Positions 51,233 to 63,574 of a DNA stretch of 64,000 nucleotides are shown piece by piece. Numbering within the stretch: position 1 is the stretch's first letter; every line of letters starts with the position of its first letter. A program made the position numbers and the translations under genes. Under the pieces are notes generated by a model. The model saw only the letters and a program-made list of their open reading frames with translations, did no database searches and was not told where the DNA came from. This stretch comes from Basidiobolus meristosporus CBS 931.73 (Eukaryota; Fungi; Basidiobolomycota), in contig MCFE01000102.1 in assembly GCA_002104905.1 (NCBI GenBank), positions 107,614 to 171,613 of the forward strand, read 5' to 3'.

Positions 51233-52813
51233 TCATTTATTGAGAGTGTGCTCATAACGAATAATCGAGCCATAGATCACATCGCCTGTTGCTGGTGAGG
51301 TCCACATATATTCCCTTTGGCTATATGTTTTCTTCCAGCCCAGCGGGGTTTCGATGGTGTCGATAATGCACTGGTTATTATAGCTATATATAGATGGATA
51401 CCCCAGCTCGATGAGGTGCTGGTTGTATACACCCGGAATATCCTCGATTCCGATCGTTATCGATTTTGTAGCAACGTCAAACATCTTGAGAAGTGTATGC
51501 TTGAATACAACGTTGTTCAGGAAGTGAAGAGCACCAATACTGACTATATGATCAAACGAATCGTCTGAAAACGTTTGGATGATATGCTGCATAGCACCAA
51601 CATATTTCTTGTGATAGTTGGCCCTTGAAATCATGTTTGGAGACAAATCAACGCCAACCATCTCCGTACGATGGCCAAATTCACCTAGTATCTGCCCAAC
51701 AAGACCAGTACCACAGCCAAGGTCCAATACTCTGCCACCATAGTTATATGTAAGCGCTATGGAGCGGAGGAACTTGGGGATATTGCTGGCATTCACTATG
51801 GCATCGTATTTGTGGGCGATAAGATCGTACTCGCGCGCAACGTCAAAATCTTTCATCTTATTGAGGACCATCTGATCAAAAAGAGCAGCATGTCCACCTT
51901 CGAAATACTCACTAATGATGTGATCGTCTCCAAAGGTATTGCCTACTTGCGAGAAGAAGGCTGGGGTTGGGTTCACCTCCAACACATATATGTTGCCTTC
52001 TCTGTCAACTCGCGTATCTACGCGCGCATATGCGCAGCCATGGACCCCCAGGGAGCTATACGAACCGCATGCCACCTGCCTGATCCTATCTACAAGCTTG
52101 GAAGGCTTACAAGGCTCATATTGGACCTCGCCCTTTTCGATTCCTGAGAATTTTAAATCGAAATGCAGGAATTTTTGCATGTCAGACAGGCTATCCTTGA
52201 ATGTATACTTAATGGGAGTGAGTGCTTCAACTCCGCATCCAGTTTCCACCACAATAGCAGAGTATTCGTCACCAGAAACATATTCTTCTACCAGAACTTC
52301 ACTTTTCGCCAAACCAAGAAGTCTTTCAACTTCAACGCACAACTCGTCAGAGCTTACACACAATGACTTCTCCGTCATGTGTAGGCTTCCGCATGCGTTG
52401 GCAAGCTTCACAATAACGGGGAACTGAAGCTTAGTGGTTGCAGTTGACTCGGATAGAACCTCGTATTTGGGTACTAATATCCCATAGCGCTTAGCTGCCT
52501 TCTTGAAGTCTACTTTGGTCATCGATAAGAATTTGCTGTCGGTTCCAAGAATAGGAACCTTTTTGCCTTCAATATATCGGAGTGCCTCGATCCCAGCTAC
52601 GCTGTCGTACTCTTGTCCCCACAAAAAGCTAAGGAATATATCAAACCCCTCGTTACACGCCTCGTCAAGCTCGGCCTGTGCGTTCTGTTTCGTGATAAAG
52701 CGGAGATAAAACTTGTGGTTATCAATGTATCGCGATGGATCCTGGTACTCGTCATATTCTTGGAATGGTGAATCCGTACCGTCGTATGAGGAAATAAGGA
52801 CGCACACTTTCAT
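51233..52813 (-). CDS. D-Ala-D-Ala-ligase-like ATP-grasp enzyme fused to a class I SAM methyltransferase
   Basis: FPVIVKLANACGS, VLVEEYVSGDEY and YARVDTRVDREGNIYVLEVNPTP (ATP-grasp). VLDLGCGTG, GVDLSPNM and FDHIVSIGALHF (MT). Intronless. Confidence 0.88.
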   Translation of the reverse strand: MKVCVLISSYDGTDSPFQEYDEYQDPSRYIDNHKFYLRFITKQNAQAELDEACNEGFDIFLSFLWGQEYDSVAGIEALRYIEGKKVPILGTDSKFLSMTKVDFKKAAKRYGILVPKYEVLSESTATTKLQFPVIVKLANACGSLHMTEKSLCVSSDELCVEVERLLGLAKSEVLVEEYVSGDEYSAIVVETGCGVEALTPIKYTFKDSLSDMQKFLHFDLKFSGIEKGEVQYEPCKPSKLVDRIRQVACGSYSSLGVHGCAYARVDTRVDREGNIYVLEVNPTPAFFSQVGNTFGDDHIISEYFEGGHAALFDQMVLNKMKDFDVAREYDLIAHKYDAIVNASNIPKFLRSIALTYNYGGRVLDLGCGTGLVGQILGEFGHRTEMVGVDLSPNMISRANYHKKYVGAMQHIIQTFSDDSFDHIVSIGALHFLNNVVFKHTLLKMFDVATKSITIGIEDIPGVYNQHLIELGYPSIYSYNNQCIIDTIETPLGWKKTYSQREYMWTSPATGDVIYGSIIRYEHTLNK

Positions 52814-53725
52814 GGTTTTTTGTGGACTCAATTGCACAACTTTACTTTTTTATATCAGCCGAAATATCTTCCAATACAGAAGCCATGTAACTGTGAAGCT
52901 TGTTTTAGCGATTTAGCCGCTATCTCCTAAGCTTATGGGTTGCTGAGCTAAATATGTTGCGTTTCTAATGTCATCCTCGCTCTTTTCCACGAATCAAATT
53001 TAGTTTTGTCCAGCTTGCATCAGAACCCACACGGCCTGATGGGCATGATATGGACGTGAACTGTGCTAATTAAAGGCCCAGCCTTCACCGAGCACATGTG
53101 CTTCTTTTCCAAACTAATAGCAGTGGTGATCTCTTAGTCTACTCACTACACCAGATCAGTGACTTAATAAAGGGAGTGCCAAAAAGTTTGGTGCCCGGCA
53201 TTGCTTTATGCACTAGCCCAACGCAAAGTAATACAGCAATGGCTGTTCTAGTATAATCATTTCCCAGTATACTGTTCTTTTTGGTTTGCTGGATGTAGAC
53301 TTGTCAGCAACCAATGTATCTGTACCCAAGATATGATCTAATCGGCGTTTTCACCCAACTTGAATGAGTTGTTGTGTAAGGTTGAGTACTGCCGTTGATA
53401 CTTATAAGCTGGAGGTACCCTGGGTAATGCCGTCACTGCAAGGTTTCTTCATTAAATTAGTATTGCATGTTGTGAGTTAATAAGCTAAGATTCTATTTGC
53501 TACCATGAATATAACTCATTAAACAAACCTGACATAATCACAATTGAAGGACCAGTAAACCTAGTTAACTTTTCCTCCTTAGGTTTAACATTTCTAATGC
53601 AATGGGTAATAATACTCAGCTACTGGGGGCTAAGAAAACTACCCTATCTGGAGCAAACCTAGACACTAAGCAGTATTCAAACTCTGCCATGAGATCCTAC
53701 TCAATGGATGCATTTACCCTTAGCC

Positions 53726-54000
53726 TTGGGAGGGGAGGAGGCAGAGTCACCATTATGGTGAAATATTTACTTATGCCAAGTAGTTACAAAAATCACTAAA
53801 GCTAAAAATAAAGAAGCCAGCAAAGGGCTTTATATCTCTTGAATGATTGGTCAAATTCAGGTTTTTGTTGTAGTTAAGAGAAAGTGTAATAAAACTCTTG
53901 AATGGTTTAACTGAACCTAAGGGACAACTAAGTGCAGAGTCTTAGAACTGTCATCAGAGTGGCAGAAGTACTAGCAGAGACTCCGGTCTAATAAGTAGTC
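53726..54000 (-). mobile_element. Degenerate non-LTR element 3' tail (T0)
   Basis: G-rich junction, gtcacc-attat-ggtgaa stem-loop and ataaagaagccag, all shared with tails T1-T5. Confidence 0.55.
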
Positions 54001-54210
54001 AGAGTCTTGGAGATATTGGAGTGATTGGGAGAACAAGTAGATTATGCAGTTTCACTTCATGATTTATTGAATGTCAAAAGGAGTACATTATACTTTTACA
54101 TGATCTTGGCATAAGCGAATACATAAAATAGATTCAGGAAGGTCCCAAGAATATGTGTGCAAAGTTTGGGGCTGGTTGAACAACTTTGAGAATTTTCATA
54201 TTCTGGGTAC
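54001..54210 (-). mobile_element. Partial diverged copia LTR truncated at TTAGGG repeats
   Basis: Matches the reverse complement of the 3' part of the 54540 LTR and is followed immediately by ttagggttaggggg. Confidence 0.75.
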
Positions 54211-54539
54211 TTAGGGTTAGGGGGAGGATAATCACCAAAGGGTGAAATCTTTATTTAAGCCATAAATAAAGAAGCCAGGTTGGAATATGAATACCTGCAA
54301 AGCAGAAAGCCTACAAGATACGCTTGGACTTTGCTGTTTCCCAAATATTCTCAATATCAAAGTCTAGAGGAGAATGTAGCAAGACTGCTTGTTCACTGTA
54401 GTATTTCTTGAGGAAGTTTGTCACTAGGAGGGAAGGAGAGTCTTTCAATAAGCTGATAAATCTTTTCAGGAGTTCTTTTTCCAGAGAGAATGGTACAAAG
54501 AGTGGAATGTCCAAATGCTGTCTGAATATATGCTCTGAG

Positions 54540-57500
54540 TGTTGTAAAAATTAGTATTTCCACCTAAATATTCACCTAACTTAGTCACTTAGATCATCAC
54601 CTTCAAATCCTAGAGAATACTGACCAAATTCCTTGTTGGGATTTACTTAGAATATTTTCACCAAAATACCAGGTACACAGAACATGAAAATTCTCAAAGT
54701 TGTCCAAACAGCCCCAAACTTTGCACACATGTTCTTGGGACCTTCCTTAACCTATTCTACGTGTTTGTAATGCCAAGACCAGGTAAAAGTATAAATACCA
54801 CTTTTACATTCAATAAATCATTAAGTTAAAACCACATAATCTACTTGTTCTCCCAATCACTTCCAATATCTCCAAGACTCTTACAACAGGTTATGAGCCC
54901 CAAGCTGTCACTCTCTGCAATGTCTACTACTGCTATTACTGGAATTTTTCCCTCTGCTGAAAAGTTGGATGGCTCTAACTACCAAGTGTGGAAGGTGAAG
55001 ATGAAGATGCTGCTACAAGAAAGAGGCCTTTGGGATATTGTCATGGGAGAAGAATGCCCTCCTAAAAACGTGGGAGAGGAAGCCTTAAAGTACCAGAAGA
55101 AAGAACAAAGTGCCTTTAACTGCATTTGCCTTAATGTCAAGGACAAATTGCTAATTCAATGCTCAAGAGCAAAAACAGCAAAGAATGCCTGGAAGGCATT
55201 AGAAGACACCTACCAGTCATGTTCAGCTGCCAAGAAAATGTATCTGAGAAGAAAATTCTTTACTACAAAGATGCTGCCAGGAGAAGAAATGAAAAATCTA
55301 ATTAACAGAATTACCCTGCTGGTAGATGAGATGGAATCTGTGGGCATACCAACTACTGATGAGGATGTGATAGTTACCATCCTGAATAGCCTGACAGACA
55401 AGTTTCAGGGCCTTGTATCAGCCCTAGAGTCCAGAACTGAAGATTTGACCTTAAATTACGTATATGGAAGGCTCCTGGATGAAGAATTAAGAAAATCAAG
55501 CACCAATAAGAAGGAAGAAGAAAATGCTTTAATAAGCAATGATAACCAACAAAGGAGGTACCCAAGACCCTACAAAGGCAACAGCAACCTATTTTGCAAC
55601 TACTGCAAAAGGAAAGGACACACATCAGACCGGTGTTTCAAAAAGAGAGATTATCAGCAAAAGAAGCCTGAATATGGAAATGCTGCAACAACTGAAGATA
55701 GACTATTCATATCTGCACTAAATATGACCACAAACAAGGATTCTCAGACGTGGTATATTGACTCTGGAGCTTCTCAACACTTTACACACCAAAAAGAACT
55801 TTTTACCCAATATCAAGAAATTCCAATTAAGAAGGTTTTCATGGGTGACGATAGAACACTTGATGCAGTGGGAGAAGGAACTATCCAAGTAAACCTTAGA
55901 AGCAGTGAAGGAAGCCATACACTGACCTTTAAAAAAGTACTCTATGTACCAGAAATAGCCAAGAACCTACTCTCTGTAAGCAAGGCCACAGCAGAAGGAC
56001 TCAGTTTTAGTTTTGACAATTCTGGATGCAGGATCACTGATCAAAATGGTGCCCATATTGCTTTGGGCATCAGAGATCAGAATCTATACAAGTTGACTTA
56101 TATTCCATCATATCTGGAAGCTGATATAAGTAACTTAAATGAAGAAACACCAATGCTTTGGCACAGGAGATTTGGACACATCAATTTTGATTATTTGCGT
56201 AAAATGATCAAAGATCAGCTAATTTCTGGAGTGAAAATTGATCCCCCAGCTAATTTGGAGCACTGTGAAGCCTGCATATATGGGAAACAAGCCAGACAAC
56301 CGTTCAAGAGCTCTGGGTTAATCAAAACTAAGAAAAAATTAGATCTAATTCACTCAGATCTGTGTGGACCTATGCAAAATTTATCCTTAGGCGGGATGAA
56401 GTATTTAATCACTTTTATTGATGATTATACAAGATACACATGGGTCTACTTCATGGAGAGAAAGGAAGAAGCTCTGTCTAAGCTCAGGGAGTTTAAAGCC
56501 ATGGTGGAGAGAGAAACTGTTGAAAAAATCAAGAAAATACGCTCTGACAATGGTGGAGAATATACCTCAAAACTCTTCATCCACTTCTGCAAAATTCATG
56601 GGATAAAGCAAGAGACTACTGTACCATACTCCCCACTGCAAAATGGAGTAGCAGAACAAGCTAACAGATCAATAATTGATATGGCAAGATCTATGATCCA
56701 TGATCAAAAATTATCCTATGATTTTTGGGTGGAATCAGTTGCCACTGCTGTATATCTTAAAAATAGGAGTTATAACAGAATACTTCATGATTCTACTCCA
56801 TTTGAAGCATGGTATGGATATAGACCAAGTGCAGAACATCTAAGAATATTTGGGTGTACAGCATATGCCAAAAGACTGGCCGGAAATCAGTCATAATTTG
56901 AGCCAAAAAGTTTAAAATGCATATTTTTGGGCTACTGCAATGAGAGTAAGGCATACAGACTCTACAATACCGAAGCAAAGAAGCTGATCAAGTCCAGGGA
57001 TGTGTTGTTTGATGAAAATTCAAAATTTTCACAAAAAATGACATCAGATGATGACAAAAATTTGATTTCAAGTCCACCAATTGTCAGGATTGAATCAGAG
57101 CAAAACAATGAAAATTTTTTCACTCCAGAGGACTCTACAACCGTGGTTCAGCCAGAATCAGTGCCCAGGAATATCCCAGAAGTGATCATTCCAGTATCAA
57201 ATGCCTGGAGATCAAATCGGACAAGAAATAGCCCAAATTACTATATTAATGAGGGTACAAACTTAGCCTATGCCTATTCAGTCCATATTGATGAACCCCA
57301 GACTGTAAAAGAGGCCCTAAATAGCCCTCAGACAAAGTTTTGGAGATCTGCAATGACTGAGGAATATCAGGCCCTGATGGAAAATCAAACTTGGGACTTT
57401 GTCAAATTACCAACCAACCAAAAATCAATTGAATGCAGATGGGTCTTCAAGACAAAATACAAGGCTGATGGTACAATTGAAAGATACAAAGCAAGACTTG

Positions 57501-59222
57501 TAGCCAAAGGATACTCTCAAACAAAAGGACTTGACTATACTGAGACCTTTGCACCGGTAGCCAAGTTTAATTCCATCAGATTAATATTGGCTATTGCAGC
57601 CAAATATAAGTTTTTTATTCATCAAATGGATGTAAAAACTGCATTTTTGAATGGAGAACTTGATGAGGACATGTATATGGACCAGCCTGATGGGTTTGTT
57701 GACCAAGATAACCCCCATTTGGTCTGCAAGCTTAAAAAGTGACTATATGGTCTCAAACAATCACCGAGAGCCTGGAATTGCAAGATAGATTCTTATTTGG
57801 AATCTTTGAGTTTCAAAAGGAGTAATGCTGACTATAGTATATACTATAAGCCAGATAGAGCAAATCCAGTTCTATTAGCTCTATATGTGGATGATCTTAT
57901 TATAGCCGCCAATAACCTAGAAACATTGGAAGAAACTAAATCTAGCCTATCTAAGGAGTTCAAGATGTCTGATTTAGGAGAACTTAGTTACTACTTAGGG
58001 ATTAAGTTCTCCATAGACAGAAGTACCCAGACTATCACCCTAAGCCAATCCAAGTATATTCAAGATATACTAAAGAAGTACCAAATGGAAGACTGTAAAC
58101 CAGCAGCTATCCCAATGGAGACAAACCTTAACTTGGTCAAAACTCAACAAATCAAGAGAGCTTGGTGCCATCTGAAAGCCCTGACTTTCCTTATCAATCT
58201 ATGGTCGGCAGTCTGATGTATATCATGCTTGGAACACGTCCAGATATCTCATATTCAGTGGGAGTTGTCAGCCAACATAATCAGAATTATGGATCTGATC
58301 ATATTGCAGCAGTTAAGCGGATTTTTAGATACCTAAAAGGAACTGCTGATATCTGCTTAAGATACACTTATAAGGATTCAGAACAGGATCTTGTGGGATA
58401 CTCTGATGCTGATTGGGGACAAAATTTGGAAGACAGAAGATCCACCACAGGATACACCTTTCTTTACTGTAAAGGAGCAATTTCATGGAATTCAAGAAAG
58501 CAACCAACCGTAGCACTTTCTACTACAGAGGCAGAGTATATGGCAGCCTGTGAAGCTACAAAAGAAGCAATGTGTTTAAGAAAGCTCTTTGCAGATTTAG
58601 GCCTATGTCAAAAACGCCTATTACTTTATTTCAAGATAATCAAGGATGTATACAATTAGGTAGAAATCCAACTTTTCATGCTAGAGCCAAGCACATAGAT
58701 ATTAGACATCATTTCATACATGAAGCTATAGAGAATAACTTAGTTAGCTTAGTTTACTGTTGTACAGATGAAATGATTGCAGACATATTTACCAAACCAT
58801 TAGCTAGAGACAAGTTTGAATATCTTAGGTCAAAATTAGGACTAGTCAGTATGAACATTTAGCTGAGTGGGAGTGTTGTAAAAATTTGTATTTCCACCTA
58901 AATATTCACCTAACTTAGTCACTTAGATCATCACCTTCAAATCCTAGAGAATACTGACCAAATTCCTTGTCGGGATTTACTTAGAATATTTTCACCAAAA
59001 TACCAGGTACCCAGAACATGAAAATTCTCAAAGTTGTCCAAACAGCCCCAAACTTTGCACACATGTTCTTGGGACCTTCCTTAACCTATTCTACGTGTTT
59101 GTAATGCCAAGACCAGGTAAAAGTATAAATACCACTTTTACATTCAATAAATCATTAAGTGAAAACCACATAATCTACTTGTTCTCCCAATCACTTCCAA
59201 TATCTCCAAGACTCTTACAACA
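54540..59222 (+). mobile_element. Full-length Ty1/copia LTR retrotransposon, disrupted
   Basis: 349-bp LTRs (54540-54888, 58874-59222) with 4 differences seen. TSD CTGAG, PBS ggttatgagccc, PPT gagtgggag. Order is gag-CCHC-PR-IN-RT-RH. Confidence 0.97.
54920..58862 (+). pseudogene. Copia gag-pol with stops and frameshifts
   Basis: KLDGSNYQVW, CNYCKRKGHTSDRC, WYIDSGAS, IHSDLCGP, RYKARLVAKG, LYVDDLII and KHIDIRHHF. Lesions near 56890, 57740, 58145 and 58610. Confidence 0.92.
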
Positions 59223-59592
59223 CTGAGAGCTCCCAATCAAGCATATATTTGACTTCTTCTGTAAAATCTTTTAAAATGTCCATGTTAAGAATAACTTCCA
59301 GGAGATCCCTGGCAATGTACTAAATGCTAATAATCTTAGATATATGAATACCTAGGTCCTTAAAATAGTTTCTTTGCTCTGAAACTGGGAGATAACCAGC
59401 ATTTCTAAATTAGCAAACAGCCCAGTTAGCAGCAGGAGGAGTATCAGGGCTGACAGGGAATCTTCTTCTGGCTTTAGACTGCACTGACTTAGGAGACTGT
59501 CTTGATGGAAGTACAGCTGACTTTGGATGAGGTTGAAGTGCTTGGGAGTAGGTTTAAGTTGGAGTAGCAGGAGCTGCTGGTGGCTGACAGTT

Positions 59593-60120
59593 TTAGGGGG
59601 GAGGAAAGTCACCAAGTGGTGAAATCTTTGTTTACTTATGACAAGTATCTAAAGAAGCCAAGTTAATCTGAAGTAATTCCTAGAAAGCTAGGTCTGAGAG
59701 ATATCTTCCTGGTAAGCCAGGTCTGAGAGTTGAGAAGCTGAGTGGCACTATATTTCCTAGTTAGCTAGGTCTGAGAGAGGTTTCCTGGAAAGCCAGGCAT
59801 GAGAAGTGAGAATCTGAATATATCTGAGCTAAGTTATACTGGCTTGCGGTAGCTGAATTGTGGCCAGAATGGCCAGTAGACTGGGGGAGCTGAGATGAGT
59901 TTCTGGGCAAACACTGGCCAAATTTACTAGGCAAATCAGGCCAATTAGCATTTTAAGGATTTCAGCCAATCAGAGCCTTTACTTTGCCCAATGGTTGATC
60001 AAGCCATCTCCCAATGAGCACACATCAATTTATTGATCAAATTTTGTTGGATCCAGGATTTGAACCCACAACCATGAGTATGGAAGGGTTAGGGATAACC
60101 ACAAGGCTAAGCGTTCTTGG
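59593..60120 (-). mobile_element. tRNA-headed SINE-like element with a telomeric LINE tail (T2)
   Basis: A-box-like TAGCCTTGTGG (60099-60109) and B box GGTTCAAATCC (60056-60066) at tRNA-like spacing. Non-coding body. Shared 3' tail ending CCCCCCCTAA. Confidence 0.7.
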
Positions 60121-60567
60121 TTAGGGGGGAGGAAAGTCACCAAGTGGTGAAATCTTTATTTACTTATGACAAGTATCTAAAGAAGCCAAGTTAATCTGAA
60201 GTAATTCCTAGAAAGCTAGGTCTGAGAGATATCTTCCTGGTAAGCCAGGTCTAAGAGTTGAGAAGCTGAGTGGCACTATATTTCCTAGTTAGCTAGGTCT
60301 GAGAGAGGTTTCCTGGAAAGCCAGGCCTGAGAAGTGAGAATCTTAATATATCTGAGCTAAGTTATACTGGTTTGCGGTAGCTGGATTGTGGCCGAAAAGG
60401 CCAGTAGACTGGGGGAACTGCGATGAATTTCTGGGCGATCACTGGCCAAATTTACTAGGCAAATCTGGTCATTAGCATTTCAAGGATTTCAGCCAATGAG
60501 AGCCTTTACTTTGCCCAATGGTTGATCAAGCCATCTCCCAATGAGCACACATCAATTTATTAATCAC
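60121..60567 (-). mobile_element. Second, 5'-truncated copy of the SINE-like element (T3)
   Basis: Highly similar to 59593-60035 but lacks the tRNA head. Arranged head-to-tail. Confidence 0.75.
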
Positions 60568-61540
60568 TTAGGGGGGGGGGAGACAGTCACCAACAGGTGA
60601 AATCTTTATTTCAGTAGAAACAAAGAAGCCAGCGCTACTGTTGTAGCTTTGATACAAGAGTGTGTAGCTGAGGGGAATTTGTAGGTAAGTTAATAAGAAG
60701 TGATGATAGTTCTTCAGTGCTCAAGACACTGTTCAGTGGGAAGGGGGGTAGCAAGAGAGGTAAGAATGACTTGTGAACAACATTAATGAGGGGAATGTGA
60801 TAAGGATTGATATTCATCATAAAGGGAGTGTGCTGCTGCAGATATTGCTGCCAAAGGTCTGTCAAGTACTTCAGGTAGGCCAGCTTGGGTTTTTCTGACT
60901 GCAGAATAAATTGAGCAAACTTCTTGACTTCAGGATCTCCAAGTATAGTTCTCCAGCAGGAGTCAGGTGTTGTGTGATGTGTTCTGTTCCAGGCCTTAAT
61001 CAGTGGGTTGTTGCAGTTGTGAAGTCTGAGGTATAATCTGGTTCTAAGGTAGAGAAGTCTGATCTTATAGGGCATAAACCCAAAAGCACCAAGAATAGCA
61101 TGTCAGTAGGGGCATTCAGGCAAATGAGGCACCAAGGAGGTAATGCACCATACTGCAAACTTGTCAAGCTTAGTGCAGTCTCTAGAAGTAAGAGAGAGAA
61201 GTGGTAAGCCAAATTCCAGGACAGGGAAGACAAACTGCTTGAGTAGAAGGAGGCAGCTGGGAGCTGAAGTTGTAGGAGGAGTAACAGCCAGTAGCTTGTG
61301 GAATGCCTGTCTTGCAAGGATAATTCTCTTCTTCAGGTGTGCTCCGGAGTCTAGTCCAGTAGGAAGGAAAGGAAAGCCAAGATATGTAGCAGAAACCTGA
61401 CCAGGTAGAGTGGAGTTCTCCAAGCTGATGGGAGAGCCCAAAGGTACTGTCTTTGCAATGGAAAGCTGGATATTATTCTTCTGCAGATACTGGTGGATGG
61501 TCTGGGAGTCTTGTTGCTAATTGGAGGAGGATATTCTGAT
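60568..61540 (-). mobile_element. LINE-type RT 3' fragment with telomeric tail (T4)
   Basis: YLQKNNIQLSIAKT...ATYLGFPF..GLD..AHLKKRI..ARQAF...LLLKQFVFPVLEFG resembles LINE RT domains 6-7 and thumb. One in-frame TGA at 61103. Confidence 0.8.
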
Positions 61541-63574
61541 TGTTGTAAGAGTCTTGGAGATATTGGAAGTGATTTGGGAGAACAAGTAGATTATGTGGTT
61601 TTCACTTAATGATTTATTGAATGTAAAAGTGGTATTTATACTTTTACCTGGTCTTGGCATTACAAACACGTAGAATAGGTTAAGGAAGGTCCCAAGAACA
61701 TGTGTACAAGTTTGGGGCTGTTTGGACAACTTTGAGAATTTTCATGTTCTAGGTACCTGGTATTTTGGTGAAAATATTCTAAGTAAATCCCAACAAGGAA
61801 TTTGGTCAGTATTCTCTAGGATTTGAAGGTGATGATCTAAGTGACTAAGTTAGGTGAATATTTAGGTGGAAAATACAAATTTTTACAACACTCCCACTCA
61901 GCTAAATGTTCATACTGACTAGTCCTAATTTTGACCTAAGATATTCAAACTTGTCTCTAGCTAATGGTTTGGTAAATATGTCTGCAATCATATCATCTGT
62001 AGGACAGTATACTAAGCTAACTAAGTTATTCTCTATAGCTTCACGTATGAAATGATGTCTAATATCTATGTGCTTGGTTCTAGCATGAAAAGTTGGATTT
62101 CTACCTAATTGTATACATCCTTGATTATCTTGAAATAAAGTAATAGGCGTTTTTGACATAGGCCTAAATCTGCAAAGAGCTTTCTTAAACACATTGCTTC
62201 TTTTGTAGCTTCACAGGCTGCCATATACTCTGCCTCTGTAGTAGAAAATGCTACGGTTGGTTGCTTTCTTGAATTCCATGAAATTGCTCCTTTACAGTAA
62301 ACAAAGGTGTATCCTGTGGTGGATCTTCTGTCTTCCAAATTTTGTCCCCAATCAGCATCAGAGTATCCCACAAGATCCTGTTCTGAATCCTTATAAGTGT
62401 ATCTTAAGCAGATATCAGCAGTTCCTTTTAGGTATCTAAAAATCCGCTTAACTGCTGCAATATGATCAGATCCATAATTCTGATTATGTTGGCTGACAAC
62501 TCCCACTGAATATGAGATATCTGGACGTGTTCCAAGCATGATATACATCAGACTGCCGACCATAGATTGATAAGGAAAGTCAGGGCTTTCAGATGGCACC
62601 AAGCTCTCTTGATTTGGTTGAGTTTTGACCAAGTTAAGGTTAGTCTCCATTGGGGTAGCTGCCGGTTTACAGTCTTCCATTTTGTACTTCTTTAGTATAT
62701 CTTGAATATACTTGGATTGGCTCAGGGTAATAGTCTGGGTACTTCTGTCTATGGAGAACTTAATCCCTAAGTAGTAACTGAGTTCTCCTAGATCGGACAT
62801 CTTGAACTCCTCAGATAGGCTGGATTTAGTCTCTTCCAATGTTTCTAGGTTATTGGCGGCTATAATAAGATCATCCACATATAGAGCTAATAGAACTGGA
62901 TTTGCTCTATCTGGCTTATAGTATATACTATAGTCAGCATTACTCCTTTTGAAACTCAAAGATTCCAAATAAGAGTCTATCTTGCAATTCCAGGCTCTTG
63001 GTGATTGTTTGAGACCATATAGTGACTTTTTAAGCTTGCAGACCAAATGGGGGTTATCTTGGTCAACAAACCCATCAGGCTGGTCCATATACATGTCCTC
63101 ATCAAGTTCTCCATTCAAAAATGCAGTTTTTACATCCATTTGATGAATAAAAAACTTATATTTGGCTGCAATAGCCAATATTAATCTGATGGAATTAAAC
63201 TTGGCTACCGGTGCAAAGGTCTCAGTATAGTCAAGTCCTTTTGTTTGAGAGTATCCTTTGGCTACAAGTCTTGCTTTGTATCTTTCAATTGTACCATCAG
63301 CCTTGTATTTTGTCTTGAAGACCCATCTGCATCCAATTGATTTTTGGATGATTGGTAAATTGACTAAGTCCCATGTTTGATTTTCCATCAGGGCCTGATA
63401 TTCCTCAGTCATTGCAGATCTCCAAAACTTTGTCTGAGGGCTATTTAGGGCCTCTTTTACAGTCTGGGGTTCATCAATATGGACTGAATAGGCATAGGCT
63501 AAGTTTGTACCCTCATTAATATAGTAATTTGGGCTATTTCTTGTCCGATTTGATCTCCGGGCATTTGATACTGG
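61541..63574 (-). mobile_element. 5'-truncated copia element of the same family (RT-RH plus 3' LTR)
   Basis: LTR at 61541-61890, PPT and an intact 435-aa RT frame. Broken at 63574, where telomeric/LINE sequence starts. Confidence 0.95.

Larger units (their letters stand above)
54211..59592 (-). mobile_element. Telomere-associated non-LTR element T1 with a degenerate ORF and no RT, interrupted by copia
   Basis: Shared 3' tail at 54211-54300. The reading frame continues across the copia TSD (...YMLDWELSEHIFRQHLDIPLFVPF...KRIL*) and has internal stops in the 59228-59590 part. Confidence 0.6.

Noticed and set aside
60045-60120. Functional tRNA gene
   Set aside because: The acceptor, anticodon and T stems do not pair properly. 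Only the A and B boxes remain, so it is treated as a SINE head.
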